From Malacoraja senta (Eukaryota): a DNA stretch of 64,000 nt. The position numbers and the translations under genes were made by a program. Position 1 is the stretch's first letter. Each line of letters opens with the position of its first letter. Below the pieces are notes generated by a model. It saw only the letters and a program-made list of their open reading frames with translations, did not search any database and was not told the DNA's origin. Of this stretch, positions 1-9,865 are shown piece by piece. The stretch is taken from positions 1,366,001 to 1,430,000 of the forward strand of contig CM075997.1 in assembly GCA_038087875.1 (NCBI GenBank), given 5' to 3'.

Positions 1-97
1 CTTTTAAAAGTGAAAACATGATCATTTTCTCTGTAGCCCAAATTTTACCCGGATTTAACTCCACAGTAATAAAGTAATACTTTTCTCTATGATCTCG

Positions 98-407
98 GGC
101 AGCACGGTAGCGCAGCGGCAGAGTTGCTGCCTTACAGAGCTTACAGCGTCAGAGACCCGGGTTCGATCCTGACTACGGGTGCTGTGTGTACAGAGTTTGT
201 ACATTCTCCCTGTGACCTGCGTGGGTTTTCTCAGAGAACTTCGGTTTTCTCCCACACTCCAAAGACGTACAGGTTTGTAGGTTAATTGACTTGATATAAA
301 TGTAAAAATTGTCCCGAGTGTAGGATAGTGTTAATGTGCGGGGATCGATGGTCGATGCGGACTCGGTGAGCCGAAGGGCCTGTTTCCGCGCGGTATCTCT
401 AAACTAA
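98..407 (+). mobile_element. tRNA-derived SINE (HE1/V-SINE-like)
   Basis: tRNA-like head with A-box-like ggtagcgcagcgg and B-box gggttcgatcc, a conserved core and an (aaact)n tail. Other copies include about 3761-4056, 6360-6655, 7783-8000, 15061-15440, 19836-20135, 22197-22510, 30095-30388, 34881-35165, 39250-39555 and 45297-45598 (+), and 27045-27248, 29650-29940, 31027-31305, 35690-35915, 48985-49268 and 58436-58690 (-). Confidence 0.88.
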
Positions 408-633
408 AAATATCTCATTGAATACTGACTCATTTACTATTTGCTCTGAGAAAGGAGGATATAGTTCCCTCGAAACTCCCAAGGTTAAAGTCCAATTCAT
501 CAAGGCAAGTTCTTTTCTTCAGCTTATTTACATTTGTGTGAACACTAAGATGTGTATTCAACATTTTCAATTCAGAAAGTGTTTTATTTAAACCTTTGTT
601 GACTGCTTCTACCAAAGTGATCTTTTAAAACGT

Positions 634-850
634 GTAGGAAGGAACTGCAGATGCTGGCTTACACCGACGATGGACAGAATTCTGGAGTAACTCAGCTGGA
701 CAGGCAGCATCTCTGGAGAGAAGGAACGGGTGACATTTCGGGTCGAGACCCTTCTTCAGACTGAAGAAGGGTCTCGACCCGAAACGTCACTAATTCCATT
801 TCTCCAGAAGTGCTAAATGACCCGCTGAGTTACTCCAGCTTTTTGTGATC
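634..850. mobile_element. Palindromic Penelope-like (PLE) terminal-repeat derivative with a minimal hammerhead core
   Basis: Arms aaggaactgcagatgctgg...ctggagtaactcagc are inverted about the centre cttcttcagactgaagaag (751-769). Representative of dozens of copies, e.g. about 14150-14432, 27826-28078, 33405-33670, 43075-43260, 46370-46562 and 60558-60763. Confidence 0.8.
761..788 (+). ncRNA. Minimal (dimer-type) hammerhead ribozyme motif
   Basis: CTGAAGA-A-GGGT(CTCG)ACCC-GAAAC-GTC. Intact equivalents on + at 27585-27612, 35176-35203, 40894-40921 and 60671-60698; on - at 27002-27029, 27923-27950, 43110-43137 (one stem II A-to-U change) and 44430-44457. Activity is not shown. Confidence 0.65.
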
Positions 851-2600
851 TTTTACAATGTTCTTTAAAAAGAAAAGTTCATATCACCTGTTTCTTTCGA
901 TTCCTTTTCAGGACACCAAAGTTATTTTACAGAAAGAAACAGCGAAACACTTGTCCCACAACTTGGAAACTCAGCAAAACACAAAGTGCTGGAAAAACTC
1001 AGCTGGTCGGGCAGCATCTGGGATGGGAAAAGGACTGGAAAACGTTTTGGGTGGGGACCTTTCTTCAAAAAGTCGGTTCATTTCCCTTCACAGATGCTGC
1101 CTGCCCTACGACATCTTAGACAATAGACAATAGGTGCAGGAGTAGGCCATTCGGCCCTTCGAGCCAGAACCGCCATTCAACGTGATCATGGCTGATCATC
1201 CCCAATCAGTACCCCGTTCCTGCCTTCTCCCCATATCCCCTGACTCCACTATTTTTAAGAGCCCTATCTAGCTCTCTCTTGAAAGTTCTATAGACAATAG
1301 ACAATAGGTGCAGGAGTAGGCCATTCGGCCCTTGGAGCCAGCACCGCCATTCAATGTGATCATGGCTGATCATCCCCAATCAGTACCCCGTTCCTGCCTT
1401 CTCCCCATATCCCCTGACTCCACTAGCTCTCTCTTAAAGTTAAACCAAAACGTAACTAAACAAAAATAATCTTCATATCTGTAGCTAATACCCCCGAATC
1501 CAGGCAGCATTCTGGTAAACCTCCTCTGCACCCTCTCCAAAGCCTCCACATCCTTCCTGCACTGGGGCGGGCGGAACTGCACGCCGTACTCCAAATGCGG
1601 ATGATGAAATGTAGGCTGAACTAGTAGTGACCCTTCTTTTTCTCACCGAATTACCAATTTTAGAAATGACACTGCCCGGAATGGAAAATAAAACCTCGTG
1701 ACAACCTGACACCAAACAAGAACAGATCCTTCTGCTCGGCGGCAGAATGAAGCACTGTACAGGAAATCAACAATGATAGTGCAGACGTGTGAAACTTTCC
1801 TAAACCCTTACTGCTGATTCAACCGATAAATGTCTTGTTTCCATGATTGAGAAGTGAGAACATTTTTTTTACAACTGAGTCACAGGAAAGTGGTGCAGAA
1901 AAGATGTAGAGATTTGCTGGCCAGTGAGAAATGAGTAACGTGTCGAGTGTTGCAAGACTTGGTTTATTGTTCAATGGATCAATGGCACTCTGTTGTCCGA
2001 GGTACAGTGAAATTCATTTTTGTATACAGTTCGGTACAGGTATCACTATAGATAAGCACTTAGATACATCTTAGATAAGCATCCCAGATAAGCATCCCAG
2101 ATTTGAAACATATAAGATTGTTAAGGGCTTGGACACGCTAGAGGCAGGAAACATGTTCCCGATGTTGGGGGAGTCCAGAACCAGGGGCCCCAGTTTAAGA
2201 ATAAGGAGTAAGCCATTTAGAACGGAGACGAGGAAACACTTTTTCTCACAGAGAGTGGTGAGTCTGTGGAATTCTCTGCCTCAGAGGGCGGTGGAGGCAG
2301 GTTCTCTGGATGCTTTCAAGAGAGAGCTAGATAGGGCTCTTAAAAATAGCAGAGTCAGGGAATATGGGGAGAAGGCAGGAACGGGGTACTGATTGTGGAT
2401 GATCAGCCATGATCACATTGAATGGCGGTGCTGGCTCGAAGGGCCAAATGGCCTACTCCTGCACCTTTTGTCTATTGTCTACTGTCTATAATATGTGTAT
2501 CACAGTACTGCACTGAGGCAGTATACAATGTCGACAGATTTGGCGCTATTTTCAAGTCACCGTTGTTGTTAAGTGTTCCACAATTCCGTGCAGCTGCTGG

Positions 2601-2698
2601 CCGTGTCCGGTCCACTCTCTCGGCCTTTCGTACGGGCACCCCATCCAGTCGAGCCCCCGGCTGCTGCCGGGCCTCCAGCGGCTCACTTCGCTCTCGAC
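2601..2698 (+). repeat. GC-rich element, copy 1 of a diverged direct repeat in SAE1 introns (candidate structured RNA)
   Basis: Aligns to 8362-8452 through shared blocks gtccggtcc, ccccatcca-tcga, cccggctgctgc and agcggc. Confidence 0.7.
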
Positions 2699-2771
2699 CA
2701 ATAAACATGGTGGTAACCATGAACAAGACACACAAAGTGCTGTGGAGGAATTCGGCGGTTCAGGCAGCATC

Positions 2772-3312
2772 TTTTTTTTTTTTTTTTAACTTTCAAAAAT
2801 ATTTATTCAAATATTAAAATAATATATACAGCACAGTAAAAACCAAAACAGAACCCACCACCATAATACACGACAAACAATAATCTATTATATAACTATA
2901 TTACACTCGTTGTCGAGGATGCATTCAAACCCCCGCAGTGCCCAGCGGTCCTGGAAATCCCCCAGGGTGCCCGTGGACAGGGCGTATTCCTTTTCTAACC
3001 GCACCCGGGCACGGACGTATCCCCGGAAAAGGGGCAGGCAGCCAGTTTGGGTAGAGCCCTCCACCGCCTGGCACCTTGACTCACGGATGGCCAGCTTGGC
3101 CAGGCCCAGGAGCAACCCAACCAGAACATCTTCAGCCCTGCCCTCTCCCCTACGCACAGGGTGTCCAAAGATGAGGATGGTGGGTGAAAAATGCAGCCAG
3201 AAGGCAAGGAGCAGCGCCTTTAGGTATTGAAACAGGGGCTGCAGCCTCACGCACTCCATGTACACGTGGTACACAGACTCTTCTAGGCTGCAAAAGTGGC
3301 AGGCGGCTGGAC
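2772..3312 (-). mobile_element. Tx1/L1-clade LINE 3' end with poly(A) tail
   Basis: ORF2 C-terminus YHVYMECVRLQPLF...LLGLAKLAI...FRGYVRARVRLE..Y, with a T-run at 2772-2787. Confidence 0.8.
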
Positions 3313-4695
3313 AAGTATGAATATGAGTATGAAGGGAAGGAACAGCAGATGCTGGTTTATGCTGTAGACGGACACAAAACAGGCAGCACGGTGGCGTAGC
3401 GGTAGAGCTACTGCCTTACAGCGCCAGAGTAGAATCCGCTGTGCCACCGTGCCGCCCCTGTTGAGTTACAGTGCCACAGAGGAGACCAGCCCAGTTGTTA
3501 TTTGTTTGCATTTTAGTATCTGTTGGCAAGTGTGTCTGCCACCTCATGCAGTTGGTGTGCTTCATTGAAAGATTAACGATTGTGCTGTGATCAGTATTTG
3601 ACATGTATTGTCCATGTAATCCTCACATGCAGAATCCTGAATAGAATTAATCTTTTTGTTATTGTAAAAGTGACCTTGCATGCTTTCATCACTCCTCCTT
3701 CCATGGTGTAGGGGTCCTACCGACTGTCTCGTTCTGCACTCTTGCTCTTACTCTCTTAGGACGGCACGGTGGCGGTGCTACCTCACAGCGCTAGGGACCC
3801 AGGTTTGATCCTGACCACGGGGTGCTGTCTGTACGGAGTTTGTACGCTCTCCCCGTGACCTGCGTGGGTTTTCTCCGAGATCTTCAGTTTCCACCCACAC
3901 TCCAAAGATGTACAGGTTTGTAGGTTAATTGGCTTGGTGTAAATGTAAATTGTCCCTAGTCTATGTGGGATAGTGTCAATGTGCGGAGATCGATGGTTGG
4001 CGTGGACCCGGTGCGCTGAAGTGCCTGTTTCCACGCTATATTTCCAAACTAAATTAAAAGATGAGGAGGTACATTGAATGGCAACGTGTGTCCATTAATT
4101 TCCTGTGGACAGGGCATTAAATGAGGACGGAATGAACCTTGCCATTTCTTTTGTACCCTGACATCGAGTGGATGTGGAGAGGATGTTTCCACTGGTGGGA
4201 GAGTCTAGGACCAGAGGGCACAGCCTCCAAATTAAAGGGCGTTCCTTTAGGAAGGGGATTAGGAGGAATCTCTTCAGTCAGAGGGTGGTGAATCTGTGGA
4301 ATTCATTGCCACAGAAGGCTGTGGAGGCCAAGTCAGTGGACATTTTCAATGGAGGGATAGATAGATTCTTGATTAGTACGGGTGTCAGGAGAATGGGGTT
4401 GAGAGGGAAAGAGAGATCAGCCATGATTGAATGGCGGAGTAGACTGGATGGGCCGAATGGCCTAATTCTGCTCCTATAACTTATGAACTAATGAACTCGG
4501 GTTTCTATTAAATCTTGCCATAAACCTTAAACCTATACTGGTTCTTGATGTACTGGTCTTTTCATTGTTACCACTGGTCTGAATCCTGTCAGTGACTCCA
4601 ACACCCATTAAATAAACAACTTAAGGAATTTCAGGGTTGAGCGGTGCGTGTTTGAATCATCCTCTACCGTTAATCAGATAATGCGCTTCTCTGTA

Positions 4696-4861
4696 GTTAC
4701 ATTTGCATTGAGTGTGACTGCCATTACCTGTTAGACCTGTCCCTTCACTCCAGGGCAAATGTAACACCAGTCACTTTGTACTCAAAGTGAACTCGGCTTT
4801 CCCTTGTCTCCATTGACTTTGGGTTCCTCCCCCAGAGTCAAGGAGACGTGGGGAGACAAAA
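4696..4861 (+). ncRNA. Candidate intronic structured RNA (three consecutive hairpins; H/ACA-like or pre-miRNA-like)
   Basis: Stems 4696-4706/4755-4765 (11 bp perfect), 4771-4778/4783-4790 (8 bp) and 4806-4823/4831-4847 (17 bp, one bulge, one G-U). ANANNA at 4764-4769 and ACA at 4856-4858. Family not recognised. Confidence 0.35.
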
Positions 4862-5033
4862 ATACAATTGCAACTGGAGACACAGCTGCTTGGAGCGATG
4901 CCAGTGAAACTGTCCCCTTTTCAAGGAATTTCTGCTCACTTATCATGCTCCTCCTCATACTTACTTTATTAGCCAAGTATGTTTTGCAACATACGAGGAA
5001 TTTGATTTGCCGTACAGTCATACTAATAAAAAG

Positions 5034-5448
5034 CAAAGATCCTATAGCGAGCAAGATAGACCACTCGACGAAAAAGATGTAGTACGGTCATGGGCAGATT
5101 CATGGGTAATTTTCGGCCCCATTTCCATAACCAGCTTCCGTCTCCGCACCAAAGATCCCATAGGATACTAGTGCGGAGACGAAAGCCGGTTACGGAAACA
5201 TCCTCTTAAAAATAAAAGTTAATTGGTAAAAATCTTCTCCTCATTTCAGAATTTTAATTTATTAACACAAACTGTTCCCCTGCAACATTGATTACACTGC
5301 TAGTCGGGTCGGGTCGGGATGGGTCAGGTCGGGTTACGGAAATGGATGAAAAAAAGGCCCACGTTCCGTTCCGTTGCGTACTACACGTCAGCCCATTGCA
5401 TTTAGTAGGAGTGATCTATCTTGCTCTTTGCTCTATCTAGGATCTTTG
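5034..5448. mobile_element. Non-autonomous DNA transposon (MITE) with CAAAGATCCTA termini and about 8-bp TSD (P- or hAT-type)
   Basis: Left end caaagatcctatagcgagcaagatagaccactc; right end gagtgatctatcttgctc...taggatctttg. Flanks are ataaaaag (5026-5033) and ataaaaaa (5449-5456). Confidence 0.8.
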
Positions 5449-6062
5449 ATAAAAAAAGCAACAGACACACAAAATACATTTTAACATAAACATCCACCAC
5501 AGTGACCCCTCCACATTCCTCACTGTGATGGAAGGCGAAAGAAAAGTTCAATCTCTTCCCTTCTTTGTCCTCCAGCGGTCGGGGGCCTCTAACCTTCCAT
5601 GCACTAGCGCTATCCTACACAGTTTTACTGAGCCAGTTAACCTGCAAACCTGTACGTCGACGGAGTGTGGGAGGAAACCAGTACACCCGGAGAAAACCCA
5701 CAGGGTCAGAACATACAAACTACATACTGGCAGCACCCGTAGTCAGAATCGAACCCGTGCCTCTGGCGCTGCAAGGCGGCAGCCCTACCACAGCACCACT
5801 GTACCACCCCAAGATCTTCCAAACATAAAAAACAAAGAGCAAAAAAATAAAAGTGCTGGAGGAGCTCAGCACGTTAGGCAGGTTCTGATGAGACGACGTT
5901 TCGGGTCAGGTCTTGCCCCTGAAACGTCACCTATACCTTTTCTCCAGAGATGCTGCCCGACCCACTGAGTTACTCCAGCTTTTTCTGTCTGTCTTCGGTG
6001 GGATGGAGGGCCTGTTTCCACGCTGTATCTCTAAGCAAGAACTGTGCTGTTTTCTCCGGCAG

Positions 6063-6207
6063 TTCTGTTGAAGTTCCGGACTGTGAAGGCGCGCGATCCG
6101 TGTCCTGACAGCTACGCGGACGATTCCGAACTGCTGCTCCAACTGCGGAACGATGTGCTGGATTCCTTGGGAGTGAAGAGTGACCTGCTGACGGATGAGT
6201 TTATCAG
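6063..6207 (+). CDS. SAE1: SUMO-activating enzyme subunit 1, internal coding exon (exon 7 by human numbering)
   Basis: AG at 6061-6062 and GT at 6208. The 145 nt encode (V)LLKFRTVKARDPCPDSYADDSELLLQLRNDVLDSLGVKSDLLTDEFI(S), closely matching human SAE1 VLLKFRTDKGRDPSSDTYEEDSELLLQIRNDVLDSLG. Confidence 0.96.
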
Positions 6208-7059
6208 GTACGTCAGGTCTTCCCTCACTCGACACTGCGGCCGAGTGCCCTCAGTTAGAAACGATGACCAGGGGGAAGTGTTTTGTACCTGTTCCTTCCA
6301 ACGTACTTATCTGATCCTGAGCGTTGACCAGATCTTAGATTTATTATTGTACAGATGCAACAGTAGAGCTACTGCCTTACAGTGCCAGTGATCCAGGTTC
6401 GATCCCGACTACGGGTGCTGTCTGTACGGAGTTTGTACGTTCTCCCCATGACGTGGGTTTTCTCCGAGTTCTTCGGTCTCCTCCCACACTGCAAAGACGT
6501 ACAGGTTTCCAGGTTAATTGGCTTGGTACAAATGTAAATTGTCCCCAGTGTGTGTGTAGGATAGTGTTAGTGTGCAGGGATCACTGGTCGGTGCGGACTC
6601 GGTGGGCCAAAGGGCCTGTTTTTCGCACTGTATTTCCAAACTAAAGTAAACTAAATTGTCTCATGTACCAAGGTACAGTGACAAGCTTGGTCACTGACAA
6701 GATTCTTGATTAGTGCGGGTGTCAGGGGTTATGGGGAGAAGGCAGGAGAATGGGGTTGAGAGGGAAAGATAGATCAGCCATGAGTGAATGGCGGAGTAGA
6801 CTTGATGGGCCAAATGGCCTAATTTTGCTCCTAGATGTAGGATCTCATAAAGACTTCTTTATTACAAAATTTAAAAAAATAAGAAGCTGTACATAAAATG
6901 TATTATGAAAATATGATTGTATACAATTGTACTTACTTCTAATAAAAATAAATAATACATTTTTTTTTAAAAGACAAGCAAGAAGAGAAATAAAAAACAA
7001 ACGTTTTTTTGGGAGTTTTTTAGGGAAATGAGCAAATGATTTGTGTTTTTGTTTTTGTT

Positions 7060-7550
7060 TTTTGTTTTTAATTTTATTTATTAGAAGTACATTAAATTAC
7101 AATCAATTACATTAATACACACCACGTATATCTTAATGTACATTTAATGTACTCCTTCATTTTTTAAAGCTATTAAAAAAAGGTTGAAATTGAGAAGCTA
7201 GAGAAAGTGAAAGAAAATAGTGTTAGTGTAAAAGCGTGTTGAAAGGAAAGAAGAAAGACCCTGTAGACGAGAAATTAGGGAAAGGAGATTAAGAGATAGA
7301 CCCTAGGAAAGAAAAGAGAGAAAGAAGAAAAAAGAGAAAAACAGATAATCTATTATGAACATCGCGCAAAAGGGATATACCAGCTCGCCACCTTTCATCC
7401 CCCTTTACCAAGTCCTGACATCGGTACCTTTTTAAAGTACTGTTGCACCTTATGCTTGTAGTAATTCTATAAATGAAGACCACGTCCTATAGACGTGATC
7501 TGATTTGCCTGCCAGGAGGAGTCTTATCTCTTCCAGGTGTAATGTTTCAA
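7060..7550 (-). mobile_element. L1-like LINE 3' fragment
   Basis: The minus strand encodes ETLHLEEIRLLLAGKSDHVYRTWSSFIELL, followed by an AT-rich 3' UTR and A-rich tail. A related copy is at about 44490-44990. Confidence 0.65.
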
Positions 7551-7665
7551 ACAAACGTTATTTTTAATTATGATAATAAAGAATTAATAAAGAACAGCAT
7601 TGAGCTGATTTGCAATCAGACGATTCTCTGTGGTTAATGTCTAATTCTTGCCTCTGCTCCCTCAG

Positions 7666-7735
7666 CTCCTGTTTCTCGGAGTTGGCTCCGGTCTGTGCCG
7701 TGGTGGGAGGAGTACTCAGCCAGGAGATTGTGAAG
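7666..7735 (+). CDS. SAE1: SAE1 coding exon 8
   Basis: Polypyrimidine tract plus CAG at 7663-7665, GT at 7736. The 70 nt encode SCFSELAPVCAVVGGVLSQEIVK, in phase with both neighbouring exons. Not present in the ORF track. Confidence 0.96.
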
Positions 7736-8361
7736 GTACACCAGTCCCTAAACTGCTCATCAGCAAACGTTTAACCCACTAGGACGGCACGGTGGCGCAG
7801 CGGTAGAGTTGCTGACTTACAGCACTTGCAGCGCCGGAGACCAGGGTTCGATCCCGACTACGGGCGCTGTCTGTACGGAGTTTGTACGTTCTCCCCGTGA
7901 CCTGCGTGGGTTTTCTCCGAGATCTTCGGTTTCCTCCCACACTCCAAAGACGTACAGGTTTGTAGGTCAATTGGCTTGGTGTATGTGTAAATTGTCCCTA
8001 GTAGGTGTAAAGGGTTTGGACACGCTAGAGGCAGGAAACATGTTCCCGATGTTGGGGGAGTCCAGAACCAGGGGGCCACAGTTTAAGAATAAGGAGTAAG
8101 CCATTTAGAACGGAGACGAGGAAACACTTTTTCTCAAAGAGAGTGGTGAGTCTGCGGAATTCTCTGCCTCAGAGGGCAGTGGAGGCTGGTTCTCTGGATA
8201 CTATCAAGAGAGAGCTAGATAGGGCTCTTAAAGAAAGCGGACTCAGGGGATATGGGGAGAAGGCAGGAACGGGGTACTGATTGGGGATGATCAGCCATGA
8301 TCACATTGAATGGGTCGAAGGGCCGAATGGCCTACCCCTGCACCTATTGTCCGTTGTCTCT

Positions 8362-8452
8362 CCGCGTCCGGTCCGCGCGCTCAGCCTCCAGCGGCGCCCC
8401 ATCCAATCGAACTCCCGGCTGCTGCAGGTTCCCAAGCGGCCGTCAGGATCGA
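8362..8452 (+). repeat. GC-rich element, copy 2 (SAE1 last intron)
   Basis: Aligns to 2601-2698. Confidence 0.7.
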
Positions 8453-8590
8453 GCCGCAATCGCGCCATCCCCTCGTCTTCCCGCACCCACCCACCCACCG
8501 TGCGCCAGGGCCGCGGGTCGTGGCACGGGACGTGAAGCCTCCTTGCTACTCTTGCCAGCGGGTCACGGTGACCGTGTGTGTCCTTCACAG

Positions 8591-8683
8591 GCCCTGTCCC
8601 AGCGAGACCCTCCTCACAACAACTTCTTCTTCTTCGACGGACTCAAGAGCATTGGGATCGTGGACTGCATCGCGTCTAAATGA
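8591..8683 (+). CDS. SAE1: SAE1 last coding exon (exon 9)
   Basis: Acceptor tccttcacag, then ALSQRDPPHNNFFFFDGLKSIGIVDCIASK-TGA, matching the SAE1/Aos1 C-terminus. Confidence 0.97.
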   Translation, partial: ALSQRDPPHNNFFFFDGLKSIGIVDCIASK

Positions 8684-8881
8684 GGGAAGCCCGAGGAAGA
8701 TCAGGTGCGGATCGTGAGCCCTGGACACGCGATTTTCACTGCCTCTAACAGGACTACCAGCAAACAACAACACTTAAAATGCCAAAGCAGCATTACCGTT
8801 TAAAAGAAAGTGAAATTATTTGGACATATTGGACTTGATGACTCAGTTGTTCAGCTGTGGTGAAGTAATCTCCAAAGTGCA

Positions 8882-8887
8882 AATAAA
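8882..8887 (+). terminator. Candidate proximal polyadenylation signal of SAE1 (AATAAA); a second candidate is at 9605-9610
   Basis: AATAAA about 200 nt after the SAE1 stop codon. The distal AATAAA at 9605 is followed by U/GU-rich sequence. Which one is used cannot be told from the DNA. Confidence 0.5.
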
Positions 8888-9064
8888 TGCAGTTCCCTCC
8901 ACTTGCATGCGATTATCCGCTCATGTCATGAACTGTGGACTAAATGTGTTACTCTTTGGTCATCTTGCCAGTTATTAAATACAGTGTTTACATTCTAGAC
9001 CATTGTATCTGTCCACTGCGCAGAACCGTTAGAGGGGAATAGTATGTAACATTGCCGTTCTTAA

Positions 9065-9421
9065 GGGCCTGTCCCACTTACTCGATTTTTTTCGGCGACT
9101 TGCTGGCACCCGTCACAAATGAAAACTTGCCGGTACCCGTCATAGTCGCAGCAGGTAGCCGAAAATTTTCAACATGTTGAAAACACAGCAGCGACCAGAA
9201 AAAGGTACGACTCTTTGGGGGACTACTCACGACCAAACAGGCGTCACGTGTCGACTTGTCGCGGGGTGACGCCTGTATGGTCGTGAGTAGTCGCCCAAAG
9301 AGTCGTACCTTTTTCTGGTCGCAGCTGGATTTTCAACATGTTGAAAATTTTCGGCCACCTGCTGCAACTATGACGGGTGCTGGCAAGTCGCCGAATAAAA
9401 TTGCGTAAGTGGGACAGGCCC
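9065..9421. mobile_element. Palindromic MITE with TIR GGGCCTGTCCCACTTA, flanked by TTAA
   Basis: Perfect 16-bp TIRs at 9065-9080 and 9406-9421, with arms complementary nearly to the centre (about 9255). Superfamily uncertain (Harbinger- or Kolobok-like ends). Confidence 0.88.
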
Positions 9422-9865
9422 TTAAGGATCAACTCAAGAAGAGTTTTTCCCCCAAAATGAATCTCAACTCTTCCACCTTCTCCCCATACAACAAATTGTT
9501 CCTTCGGCCAGTTTTGAGTTCAGTGATAATTTTGTCAGAGTCTCCCAAGGTTTTGCTTGGTTTTTTTAAGTTTTATAATTCTGCAGGGCAGTATTTGCTC
9601 TGTAAATAAAAGTTGACGTTTAAAAAAAATAATTTAAACTCCATTTCTTGTCCTGTGTTCATTTAAGCCTCGGTAAGGATTTGGGTTGTGCTGAGAGTGA
9701 ATCTGAGTGCTGTTCCCCATTACCTCACTCTGCTTGATCTTCAGACAACCTCACTTATTCAACTAGAGTCCTGTGTCAATGATCGTTCAATTAAACCAGG
9801 ACATACCCTAGGGCAGCTTACAACCCAGCGGTATGATACCTCCTCTCTCGACTCTGTCCAGGGAG

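Noticed and set aside
98..175. tRNA genes at the many ggtggcgcagcggtagag...ggttcgatcc motifs
   Set aside because: Each continues into the SINE core and (aaact)n tail, so they are SINE heads, not tRNAs.
2472..2735. Minus-strand coding reading of the duplicated element (QQPGARLDGVP...AERVDRTR vs QQPGVRLDGAP..AERADRTR) and a faint IL-11-like stretch GDLKIAPNLSTLYTASVQY
   Set aside because: Several differences look synonymous, but copy 2 has an in-frame TGA just upstream with no acceptor between, and neither copy has credible splice sites. The cytokine resemblance is too weak and does not fit IL-11 exon boundaries.
5885..5928. Canonical CTGATGAG...GAAACGTC hammerhead
   Set aside because: No proper stem II closes next to the core; it looks like a rearranged PLE palindrome centre.
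8297..8590. 5' extension of the SAE1 last exon in ORF 8297-8683
   Set aside because: It starts in a CR1 3' UTR and reads through GC-rich intron; SAE1 homology begins exactly at the 8591 acceptor.
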